64,000 nucleotides of DNA. Source: Squalus acanthias. Its lineage: Eukaryota. Location of the stretch: assembly GCA_030390025.1 (NCBI GenBank), contig CM059433.1, positions 24,430,001 through 24,494,000 on the forward strand, written 5' to 3'. The position numbers and the translations under genes are program-made. Positions 11,875 through 23,701 of this stretch are shown here, in pieces (positions within the stretch are counted from its first letter, which is position 1; each line of letters begins with the position of its first letter). The notes beneath the pieces are model-generated. The model was not told the origin of the DNA. It saw only the letters and a list, made by a program, of their open reading frames with translations, and ran no database searches.

Positions 11875-13620
11875 ATAGGAGACTTTCATCTCATTCAATG
11901 ATAAGTTTGGACGAAGAAAGGCCATTCTAGAATATCAGCTGTATCATGTCTCCATTGGAGTATCTAACTGTTTCTTAAACGAATGGCCTCAACTACTATC
12001 CTCACACAATTTTAAACTGCTGACCACCCTCTGGGTAAAGAACAACTTCCTGAAATCTGGTCCAAACTTGTCCATTAAAACTTTTAATTTATGCCTTCTT
12101 GCCCTACTGCACTGGTGTATTGGAAGAGTAGAATTGGCACATTTGCAGTTTAGAAAGGTTAAGAAGGAAAGTTCAGAACAGCAATGATCATAGTAGTATT
12201 AGTAAAATAGAGAGAATGGCTAGAGTAGAGGGAAGGATCACCTAACTGATTTGCTGTTTCTTGCATCGTGTCTTTGAGTGTGAGAGGTTTAAAAATCTGC
12301 CATATCTGGAGAGGGTCTAGCAGATTTGGGCTTTATAGAGAGTTAAGAGCCATTAAGGGAAATATTTTTGGTGTGAAAAAGGAAACCAAGTTTCTTGGAG
12401 ACTGTTTTTATTGTGGAGACAATGTGGGAGTCCCACTGGAGCTAATGAGGCCAATAACGTCAGCAAACAAAGAAAAACTTAAGGATGAAGCCAACAAAGG
12501 TGGCAGCTGTTGGTTAAATGTTCAAGAACCATATTGTTATGAAAGATTGTGCTCATTGCAGCTTTCTCTCAGCTGCTGAATATATCAGTGAGTAAGGTGA
12601 GCATTACCAATAAGTTATGTTTTCATTTCATTTTATAAACTCTTTTTGCTTTAAAGTTTAATTTCATCACAACAGGCAGAGTCAAAGATACTTGCGAGTT
12701 GATCTCCTGTGGTGTGTTCACATAGGATAGGATATACAGCACAGAAACAGGACAAGTTTTAAAAGATTTTTTTTCCAAAACTGTGTCTTGGTTTCTCTCC
12801 CACTCTGTAATTCTTTCTATCTCCCTCTCTTCCTTTCTTTTCTGTGTCTCCCACTTTTTCCCTCTCTTTCCCTCTGTCTTATACATTTTCACCATCATCT
12901 CTGTATTTCTCTTCCTACAAGTATTGTTGTGGATAAAGTTTAAAGAGTTCTCAGAGCTGAAGCACCTTTTCACGTAATTTTTCTCCTGCATTATGACACA
13001 TTTAGAGACCCTTTTAAAAAAAAATGTTAACAGGCAGCCGGTCACAGAACTTTAATGCTTAGCTATCTTTCTGATAACTGAGTGAACTGGTATATTTTGG
13101 AGGCTGTACTTCTAATTTTCAACTTTGTTCTTGTTTAGGGGAATTTTCACGATGTAAGGCAAAATGTAACCTTTAGCCAAGATATGGTGAGTATGGGCCA
13201 TAGTTCAAGCTAATATTAATAAAAAATTAAATAAAACACAAGATAGTCCAGAAATTAATTTATAAATAACATAAAAACAGAAAGTGCTGGAAATGCTTTT
13301 ATTTCAGATTTCCAGCATCCACTTTTGTTACAAATAACATAGTCTGGTTTTAATGGGAGCATCTTCTGGTGGACAGTTACTAATGCCTGATTTAAGAGTC
13401 ATGAGGCTAACTTGCTCGCTCATTAGTGACTGCCAGCGCCCTTCAGTACTCGCCAGCGAGGGTCTCCAGAATGATCGTAGTGTACTGCACTCTGCACAAC
13501 ATTGTGCAGCAACGAGGATTGGAGCTGCAGGAGGAGCAAGGCACTCATCGTCTACAGACGATTCTAATGAAGAGGAGGAGGACAAGGAGGAGGCAGAGCA
13601 TGAACATGGTGCCCCTGTTG

Positions 13621-14112
13621 TGGAGTAATTTCCAATCACTCAACACAAGTCCGAGATCGAGAGTCCAAACAGCCTTTATTGAGGCGGCCACCGGTGGGGA
13701 GACAGCCTGCTTCCGCCTTAGTCAAGCTTCTCCGAATTGTTACAGCGGTTAGTAGATATTTATACATACAGTTTGATGTGCTATACATTGTTCCCGCCTA
13801 CCTTCTAGAATGTTCTGCGTTATAACATTATTTCTAGCTCTTATCAGCATTTCTTTACTGGCCCTTTGTCCTAGTCCCAAGAATTGTTGACTTCGTGTCA
13901 GCTTCCTGATCTACTTAATGCCCTTGGGATATTGTTAGGCCATCTGATTTCTAGGGCGATTACACATCTTAAGCATCCCCTTTGTCTTGCAACATTTGCA
14001 TTTCTATATCCTTGATTATATCTTGTAGCCAGCCCAGTTACGCGATTATGTGAGGTAATGCTATGCACTGCCTTTCCTGACCATTTTTTTGTATAGAGCC
14101 AAATCCCCAGCA
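13621..14112 (-). mobile_element. Probable solo LTR (492 bp)
   Basis: TG...CA ends; 5-bp TSD TGTTG/TGTCG; minus-strand TATAAA (13764-13759) upstream of AATAAA (13680-13675). Confidence 0.6.
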
Positions 14113-15360
14113 TGTCGGGTACTGGCTGAGAGAGGGGGCAACGGGCGAGAAGTGGGAGCGCTTTGAATAGAGTTCCCACTTTCATATCCCCTTTCGCCAC
14201 CATCCCTCTCCTGAGTCAGCCACACTTCACTCCTACCACTCTGCTGGAAAGTAGCTTGGTGCAGATCAGTGACACACTGTAAGGCCACGGCTAAGGTGTC
14301 TGTCATCCTATTTAAGGCACCAGACATGTTGGCATCGAGAGTCTACACGGCCGTGGTCAAGGCCTGGATGGACTCATTTGATTGCCGCGATTGATGTTGT
14401 ACGGAGTTGGCCTATCTATCCGTGGAAGATGATATCGTCGCAATGCCCTGCGACATAAACTCACACATGCTTGAGTTGGATGCCTCCATTTTCTCTGCAA
14501 TTGTGGACAGTGTGCGTGGAAGGCCTGCCAGTACGTTGCAGATTTTCTGCTGCTCCTTAGTGATTATCCTTTTCATTGATGGCCTCCCGGGTACAACATC
14601 TGTGTCCCGCTGAACAGAGCATGGAGAGGGCTGTGCCCTCCGACGCAGACTCTCCACAGCTGTCCCTGCCACCATTGTCTGCTCGTGCTCACTCGTGAAC
14701 TGTGAGTCACCAGGTGAAAACCCAACCAGCTGCCTAACTGGACCCACTGAAGTGCGAGTATCTGAGCTGGTGCATGTTAAGCATGAGTCCTGTGAAGGAA
14801 TCGGCTCCTCTGAGGATTTGTCGTCCGGGAGGTCCACCGACTGCTGCGTGCGTGAAGGCCCTGGCGAAAAGAAAAGATATGAATTAGTACTGGCAAGGTA
14901 AGAATGATGCAACTTAGCATTATGACGCTGATTATATTTCACTCATTGATGAAATCAAGTCAACATGACTGAGTGTTGAATGACATGTGGGTCGCTGATA
15001 TTTAATTCTGTCACCAGGTAACTGCGAGGTCCCAATCTCCCCATATCCGATGGTCAGGGACGACAAAACGCCACTGATCTCCAGCGCTTCCTCCTCTGCA
15101 GCTGTCAATCTTTGGAGGACCACCTCCAGTCCTCTCCCTCTCCCTAGTGTTCAGTGCTCTCTTCTGCAACGGTGGAAAGAACAGACCTATGAGTGACTGT
15201 AATGGCATGTGTACACCTGATGAATTTGGTGAGGGTGACTATCAGGGAGAAGCATCAAATTGCATAAGGATCAATGTGAGTGGCAGTGGTGGATGGATAG
15301 ATGGGGATGTGAGGAGTGCAGATTGGAACAGAGTGTTAAGCTGCATGTTTGGTGAGTGAA

Positions 15361-18300
15361 GGGAGGTGTTCCTTCCTTTTTCCATCTTTGTCAGCTTCCT
15401 GGTGCGGCGGCGGACCTGCGTGAGGCGAGGCGGCAGAGGGTTTAAAAGGCTCCAGAGACCAGGTAAGGCAGGACCAGTCTCCGAACTCGGAGGGAGGGAG
15501 AGAGGTAAAAAATAATCGAGGTGTGAAGTCAACAGAAAGTAGGTAACTAATTGGTTGGTGAGTATTTCTCTCTTTTTAAACTTAAACTCTGTGGTTTATA
15601 GTTTCTAAGGTGTGATATTCATCAGGCGGGGCAGAGGGTATTTAAAAAATATTAATAAATTTAATTAATTACATAGAATGGGAGAGCAGGTGATGTGTTA
15701 CTGCTGCAATATGTGGGAGCTGGTGGACACCATTGATGCTCACGGTGATCACATTTGCAGTAAGTGTTGGCTGCTCGAGGAACTCCGGCTCCGTGTTGAT
15801 GAGCTGGAGTCCGAGCTTCAAACACTGCGACACATCAGGGAGGGGGAGAGTTACCTGGACTCTGTGTTCCAGGAAGTAGTCACACCAATTAGATTAACTA
15901 ATTCAGATGTAGTCCGTAGTCAGGGACAGGAGGGTGTGACTATGAGTGAGGCAGGTACGGGGATCCAGGAGGTAGTGTTGGAGGAGCCGCAGCCCTTGCT
16001 CTTGTCCAACAGGTTCGAGGCTCTTACTCCCTGTGAGGACGGGAGCAGGGAGCAGGGACTGCAGGGAGGATGAGCAACCTGGCCACAGCACCGTGGAACG
16101 GGGGGCCATTCAAGTGGGGGGAGTAAAAAGAAATGTTGTAGTGGTAGGGGATAGTATCATAAGGGGGATAGATAGGGTTCTTTGCAGCCGAGAACGAGAG
16201 TCCCGAAGGTTGTGTTGCTTGCCCGGTGCCAGGGTTAAGGACATCTCCTCTGGGCTGGAGAGAAACTTGGAGTGGGAGGGGAGGATCCAGTTGTGGTCCA
16301 TGTTGGTACCAACGACATAGATAGGACAAGGAAAGAGGTTCTGCTGAGGGAGTATGAGCAGCTAGGGGCCAAATTAAAAAGCAGAACCACAAGGGTAATA
16401 ATCTCTGGATTACTACCTCAGCCACGAGCAAATTTGGCTAGGGTAAATAAAATCAGAGAGTTAAATGCGTGGCTCAAAGACTGGTGTGGGAGAAATGGGT
16501 TTTGCTTCTTGGGACACTGGCACCAGCACTGGGACGGGAGAGAGCTGTTCCGTTGGGACGGACTTCACTTGGCCAGTGCTGGGACTAGAATCCTGGCGAA
16601 TCGAATAACTAGGGCTGTAGAGAGGGCTTTAAACTAATTAGTGGGGGGGAGGTTTCAAGAGAGCGAAGAATAAAAATGTCAGCGGAGAAGGCAATAGAGC
16701 AAATTAGCAGTGGGGAAATTAAAAACCAGAGCGTGTCAGGAAGGGACAGAATATATAAAGATAAAGGTAAAGTAGTAAAGGGGGTAAAAGCAGGAATAAA
16801 TTGTCACAAAACATGTTTAAAAGTTCTTTATCTGAATGCACGCAGCATTCGTAACAAAATAGACGAGTTGACGGTACAAATAACTACACATGGGTATGAT
16901 CTGGTGGCCATTACAGAAACATGGCTGCGAGGTGACCATGACTGGGAACTAAACATCCAGGGGTATTTGACTATTAGGAAGGACAGACAGGAAGGAAAGG
17001 GAGGTGGGGTGGCTATGTTAATAAAGGATGGAATCACTGCAATAGTGAGAAATTATATTGGGTCAAAGGATCAGGATAGTGAAACAGTTTGGGTGGAGAT
17101 AAGGAATAATAAGGGGAAAAAGTCACTAGTGGGCGTAGTCTATAAGCCTCCTAACAGTTGTAAATCTATTGGTCGGAGTATAAATCAGGAAATAGTTGGG
17201 GCTTGTAATAAGGGAACAGCTATAATCATGGGAGATTTTAACTTTCATATTGACTGGACAAATCAAATTGGGCAGGGCAGCCTTGAGGAAGAGTTCATAG
17301 AGTGCATTAGGGACGGGTTCCTTGAGCAGTATGTTACTGAACCAACCAGGGGGCAGGCAATCTTAGATCTGGTCCTGTGTAATGAGACAGGATTAATAAA
17401 AAATGTCCTAGTAAAGGATCCCCTTGGAATGAGTGACCATAACATGGTTGAATTCCAAATTCAGTTGGAGGGTGAGAGAGTTGGATCTCAAACCAGCGTA
17501 CTAAGCTTAAATAAAGGAGACTATGAAGGTATGAGAGCAGAGTTGACTAAAGTGGACTGGGAAAATAGATTAAGGTGTAAGACGGTACAGGAGCAGTGGT
17601 GTACATTCAAGGAGGTATTTCACAACTTTCAAGAAAAATATATTCCACTGGGAAAAAGGGGCGTAAAAGAAAAGACAGCCATCCGTGGCTAAGTAATGTA
17701 ATAAAGGATAGTATCCAACTGAAAACAAGGTCAATTAAAGTAGCCAAATCTAGTGGGAGGATAGAAGATTGGGAAGCATTTAAAAGCCAGCAAAGAATAA
17801 CTAAAAGATTAATTAAGAAGGGGAAGATAGATTATGAAAGTAAACTAGCAAAAAATATAAAAACAGATAGCAAGAGTTTCTACAGTTATACAAAAAGAAA
17901 AAGGGTGGCTAAAGTGAATGTTGGTCCCTTAGAGGACGAGACCGGGAAATTAGTAGTGGGGAACACGGAGATGGCAAATACGCTGAACAAATATTTTGTA
18001 TCAAATATTTTGTATCAGTCTTTACAGTAGAGGATACTAAAAATATCCCAACACTGGACAAACAGGGGGCTATAGGGGGGGGGGGGAGGAGCGAAACACG
18101 ATTAAAATCACTAAGGAGATGGTACTCGGTAAGATAATGGGACTTAAGGCGGATAAATCCCCTGGACCTGATGGCTTACATCCTAGGGTCTTGAGAGAAG
18201 CAGCGGTAGGGATTGCGGATGCATTGGTGGTAATTTTCCAAAACTCCCTGGATTCGGGAAAGGTCCCAGCAGATTGGAAAACTGCTAATGTAACGCCCTT

Positions 18301-19748
18301 ATTTAAAAAGAGAGGTAGACAAAAGGCTGGAAACTATAGACCAGTTAGCCTAACATCTGTGGTTGGTAAAATGTTGGAGTCCATTATTAAGGAAGCAGTA
18401 ACAGGACATTTGGATAAGCATAATTTAATCGGACAGAGTCAGCATGGTTTTATGAAGGGGAAATCATGCTTGACAAATTTGCTCGAATTCTTTGAGGACG
18501 TAACAAACAGGGTGGATAAAGGGGAACCAGTGGATGTGGTGTATTTGGACTTCCAAAAGGCATTTGATAAGGTGCCACACAAAAGATTACTGCACAAGAT
18601 AAAAAATCACGGGATTGGGGGTAATATACTGGCATGGGTGGAAGATTGGCTATCTAACAGAAAACAGAGAGTTGGGATAAATGGTTCATTCTCGGGTTGG
18701 CAATCAGTAACTAGTGGTGTTCCGCAAGGGTCAGTGCTGGGACCCCAACTCTTTACAATCTATATTAATGATTTGGAGGAGGGGACCAAGTGCAACGTAT
18801 CCAAGTTTGCTGACGATACAAAGATGGGAGGAAAAGCAGTGAGTGAGGAGGACATAAAAAACCTGCAAAAGGACATAGACAGGCTAAGTGAGTGGGCGGA
18901 AATTTGGCAGATGAAATATAATGTTGGAAAGTGTGAGGTTATGCACTTTGGCAGAAAAAATCAAAGAGCAAGTTATTATCTAAATGGAAAGAAACTGCAA
19001 AGTGCTACAGTACAAAGGGATCTGGGGGTCCTGGTGCATGAAACACAGAAGGTTAGTATGCAGGTACAGCAGGTGATCAGGAAGGCCAATGGAATCTTGG
19101 CTTTTATTGCAAGGGGGATGGAGTATAAAAGCAGGGAAGTCTTGCTTCAGCTATACAGGGTACTGGTGAGGCCACACCTGGAATACTGCGTACAGTTTTG
19201 GTTTCCATATTTAAGAAAAGATATACTTGCTCTAGAGGCAGTTCAGAGAAGGTTCACTCGGTTGATTCCGGAGATGAGGGGGTTGACTTATGAGGAAAGG
19301 TTGAGTAGGTTGGGCCTCTACTCATTGGAATTCAGAAGAATGAGAGGCGATCTTATCGAAACATATAAGATTGTGAGGGGTCTTGATCGGATGAAGGCGG
19401 GGAGGATGTTTCCACTGATGGGTGAGACTAGAACTAGGGGGCATAATCTTAGAATAAGGGGCTGCCGTTTCAAAACTGAGATGAGGAGAAACTTCTTCAC
19501 TCAGAGGGTAGTAAATCTATGGAATTTGCTACCTCAGAGAGCTGTGGAAGCTGCGACATTAAATAAATTTAAAACGGAGATAGACAGTTTCCTAGCTGAT
19601 AAGGGATTTAAGGGTTATGGGGAGCGGGCAGGGAAGTGGACGTGAGTCTAGGTTCGGATCAGCCATGATCCTATTGAATGGCGGAGCAGGCCCGAGGGGC
19701 CGTATGGCCTACTCCTGCTCCTACTGCTTATGTTCTTATGTTCTTATG
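15361..19748 (+). mobile_element. Near full-length CR1 LINE (ORF1 zinc finger/coiled coil/SGNH esterase; ORF2 APE endonuclease + RT), frameshifted
   Basis: ORF1 pieces 15678-16637 (CxxC..HxCxxC, GDS, GTND, DGLH). ORF2 pieces 16676-19645 ([19 protein letters not shown]). (TTCTTATG)n tail; TSD (TG)AGTGAA. Confidence 0.95.
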
Positions 19749-21204
19749 AGTGAACTGATGCAGTAGGCTTGACAAGTCAGAGTGAGGGGTTGGGGTGATG
19801 CGTACAGCAGGATGTAGGTGAATGTGTAACTTTACTCACCTTTCCTGACCTGGTTAGGTCATTAAAGCGCTTCCTGCACTGAATCCAGGAGTGTGGCACC
19901 ATGCTGACCTCCTGCGCCATCTCCAGCCATGCCTTCATGTGGCAGTAGCAGGTTTCTTCCTCCCATTGCTGGGGAAGAGTATCTCCCTCCTACTTCTCAC
20001 TGCATCCAGCAGTACATCAAGGGGTGTGTCATTCAATTTTGGTGCAGCCCATGACCGTTCTGAATACATTACAACAATTTGCAGAGAAAATCCATTTGGA
20101 GGGCTTTCCACAAAAATCTAGAGGCCAGAATCAAGTTCTCCTGTCTTGGAGATGGCCCAAATCTAGAGTATCATCCTGTGCAGGATGATTTGAACATCAG
20201 AACCTCACGAAGCTCTGAGTAAGCACTTTGCAAATTTGTAAATTAAAGTTATGCAATGCATTCTTTTGTCCCCTTCATAAAATTCTTTCAGTCCCATTTC
20301 ATATATCGATGAGAAGCTGTCTTCATGCTGTTAGTTCATCCCTTAGATGTAACTGTAACAGTTTCAGGAATTTGCATTAGCTTGTGGCACACTATCCTGT
20401 GGGCCTTGACTTTAATAATATGTTCCTGCAGAGTGCATTTTAATTTGTGCCACTTTCAGCAGAAAAATGATTTTGTTCACATTGATGCTGCACTTGCATC
20501 CATGACCAAACTGTTCCTTATGGAAAAATAGACTAATATAAAGGGATGTAAAGAGCATTTATTATTGCAATGCGTTTAAGCACCAATAAAATGCCAACTC
20601 ATTAGCATTTATGCATAATCATTCTACACAAATCAAAATGGAACGCACATCATATTAACCGACACATTCTGAAAGATATTAAAATCACATCAATTATTAA
20701 GTTTAGCCTGCTGCCTTAGATTAAGATCTGGTTTCAGCATGACTTATAAAGCAAGTACAGTACACTACAGAACAATTTAGAATTTGTAGAGTGCCTAAAG
20801 TTAATTGTTCCAATACCCATTAACTGACTAACGGGATATTTTTAGTCCACTGCTGTAAAATATTAATTTGAATGTTAAACCAATGCTGGAATTGTGAACT
20901 CACTTTAATACTGACCAGAGTATCCTTAAGGCCTAGCCTGCTATTTTCAGCATGGTGGCAAGTGGTGAAAATTACAGACAGTGAGAATATAGCCCTAATA
21001 ATTTAAAACAGTATTTTAATTACATGTTATTGTTGGGAAAGCTTCTAATTTTAAATACATAAGTTGTATTTCAAGAATGTAGAGCTGAATTTGCTGAAAA
21101 CTTGAGGCATAGTAATGGCATACACCATTATTAGGGTGAAGAAATTCCAGAAAATATGGCGTAACATTTTGCCCTGCTGCCACAGAGACAGTTGCCAAAA
21201 AAGT

Positions 21205-22960
21205 TGAACAACTACTTGCATTTATATAGCACCTTTTAAGGTAGTAAAAACATCCCAAGGCGCTTCACAGGAGTGTTATCAGACAAAAATTAACACCAAG
21301 CCACATAAAGAGATATTAGGAGAAGTAACCAAAAGCTTGGTCAAAGAGGTAGGTTTTAAGGAGCAACTTAAAGGAGGAGACAGAGGTAGAGAGGCGGAGA
21401 GGTTTATAGAGGGAATTCCAGAGCTTAGGACCCAGGCAGCTGAAGGCGCGGTCACCAATGGTGGAGCGATTAAAATCGGGGATGTGCAAGAGTGCAGAAT
21501 TAGAGAAGCGCAGAGATCTCAGAGGGTTGTAGGGCTGGAGGAGGTTACAGAGATAGGGAGGGGCGAGGCCATGGAGGGATTTGAACACATGGATGAAAAT
21601 TTTAAAATAAAGGCATTGCCGGACCTTGAGGCAATGTAGGTCAGCGAGCACAGTGGTGATGGGTGAATGAGATTTGGGATACGGGCAGCAGAGTTTTGGA
21701 TGAGCTCAAGTTTACAGAGGGTGGAAGGTGGGAGGCCGGCCTGGAGAGCATTGGAATAGTCGAGTTTTAAGGTAACGGATAGAGACGGCCGATGTTACGG
21801 AGGTGGAAATAGGCGGTCTTAGTTATGGCGTGGATATGTGGTTATAAGCTCATTTCAGGGTCAAATATGACACCAAGGTTGCGAACAGTCTGGTTTAGCC
21901 TCAGACAGATGCTAGGGAGAGGGATGGAGTCGGTGGCTAGGGAACGGAGCTTGTGGTGAGGGTTGAAAACAATGGCTTCGATCTTCCCAATATTTACTTG
22001 GAGGAAATTTCTGCTCATCCAATACTGGATGATGGAGAAGCACAGATGGACTCAATTTTAGTGACAAAGAAGTCCATGAGCTCCTCGCACATGTTGGTGG
22101 AGGGGGCAGGGGAGAGGGGTTTAAGATGATGGTTGGTAGTGGAGAAGAGAAGCCGGGGGTTATCTTTACATGACAAGTTGATCCTGGAGTAGAGAGCAGT
22201 TTTGGCAGAGGAAAGCCGGATCCAATAGTGCTTTCTGTGAACCGAGTGACTGCTGCCAACGAACCGAAAGCTGCTGCCAACGACCGGAAGCTGCGCAGAA
22301 GCATTCTGCGCATAAATCTGTGGTGGTTTAAGTATGAATGTATAATAATGTAGTCATATCGCATGCCTAAATCTATGGAATCTATGGAGCTATGGGTTGT
22401 TTTAATAATGTGTAACAATAGGGTTGGTTTAAGTATTAATGTATGATATTTTCGCTGGGGGAGGTTTGCGGAGATTTATTTGAATGGTGCGCAAGCTTCG
22501 TGTGAAGGGAAAGGAGAAGAAAATTGATAAAAATGGACGTTTACTGTGTTTTGCTGGGGCAGATCTTCTTTTCCTGATGCGGCTCTGTTCGGCAGTAGCG
22601 ATCTCTTTTCACCACCCCCTCCCCTCCTTTCTCTCTGGAAGTGTTTTCTTTGTAATGGCGACGATATTTTCTTTTCAGTTAGCGAACAACCGAAAAAACA
22701 CGGAAACTGTGCATGTGCAACTACTTAAACTTTGTTGGCAGCAGTCGCGACCTTATGTGAATGGCTAAACCAGTTTCCGTCATAAACGTTCAAGTCTGCA
22801 TCCCTTGGAGATGGGTGTGGAGGGCGGGTGAATCCAGGAGCTATTTGAAGGGTAGAGTATCATTGGACACACTACCAGAGATATTTCCGTGGAAAATGAA
22901 GAGCCAAGGAGGTGTGGAGAATCGATTGTGGAGCATCATAGGTTGAAGTCAGGGATCCAG
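21205..22960 (-). mobile_element. L2-type LINE, fragmented/internally deleted
   Basis: LADLH..FKI...KSLHGLAPPYL...RAFSCLGPKLWNSL...LKTYLF C-terminus; CEELMDFFVTKIE at ~22055-22090. Confidence 0.8.
22241..22752. mobile_element. Candidate non-autonomous DNA transposon inserted in the L2
   Basis: Inverted GACTGCTGCCAAC (22248-22260) / GTTGGCAGCAGTC (22734-22746); imperfect 8-bp TSD TTCTGTGA/TTATGTGA. Confidence 0.6.
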
Positions 22961-23429
22961 TTGAGGCAAGTAGTGGCCTCAGTGATTAGTAGAAGACACC
23001 AACGAATCCAGTATACCAGTAGTGGGATGAAATGGAGTCAGCGAAAATGGAAAAGTGGCAGAGCAAAGCTCATTCGGTAACAGTGGAGCAGAATCCAGAG
23101 CAGGGTGGGAACTAACAGAAACAGATCAAAACTAGCTCAGGGTAGAGTGAAAAAATCCCTTCAGAGGAGCAGAAAACTGAGGACGCAGCAGCAGGCCAGA
23201 TAATAGAATGAGACAGCCCAGTAAAGAATACAGACTCTGTAGAAAACGCCTGCAAAATTAGAGGCCACTATAATATTCAGAAGTGGTAGAGAAATGGACT
23301 TCGGCCCAGGAGAAGTGAATTTCTGGCCTGGACCGACACAGCAGCAAAATAAACCTGCAAGACAGTCGCAAGCTCAGCAGGTAACAGCAGCAGGCAGGGG
23401 ATGGGCTGTTGGCAAGACAGAGTTACCGT

Positions 23430-23661
23430 TGTGGCAGATCGCCACCTAAACGGGCATTATCCACTTTTCCGTCCGTGGACAAAATATCGGGCACCTTGCC
23501 TTTAAGGCAAGAGAAAAGGAGAGGGCGGGGCCTCAGGCTTTGGCCAGAGAATTCTGGGAGCAATTGGTTTCAGCCATTTTGGACCATGCAGTTGTATTAA
23601 AAAGCCTTTGTTTCCCACACATGAATTCAGTCTAAATTCGTGTTTCGCGGCAGCCTCAACA
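23430..23661 (+). repeat. 5' LTR
   Basis: Direct repeat of 27104-27335; 9 substitutions in 232 bp by manual alignment. Confidence 0.95.
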
Positions 23662-23662
23662 T

Positions 23663-23676
23663 TGGTGACCCCGACG
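23663..23676 (+). other. Primer-binding site complementary to the 3' end of tRNA-Trp
   Basis: TGGTGACCCCGACG directly after the 5' LTR. Confidence 0.85.
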
Positions 23677-23701
23677 CTCCAAACGTATTCCGAGCACTGC
23701 A

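Larger units (their letters stand above)
13430..20120. mobile_element. Decayed Harbinger/PIF transposon: transposase C-terminal remnant (+) and intron-containing Myb/SANT-like gene (-), interrupted by a solo LTR and a CR1
   Basis: ALQYSPARVSRMIVVYCTLHNI (13430-13510, HARBI1-like). Minus-strand exons 20069..19840 (...KAWLEMAQEV..WIQCRKRFNDL, frameshifted), 15163..15015 (RERERTGGGPP) and 14860..~14120, with GT/AG sites. Element ends not resolved. Confidence 0.75.

Noticed and set aside
16033..16637. Stand-alone SGNH/GDSL esterase genes (also 49837-50535, 51496-52422)
   Set aside because: These are the known esterase domains of CR1 ORF1.
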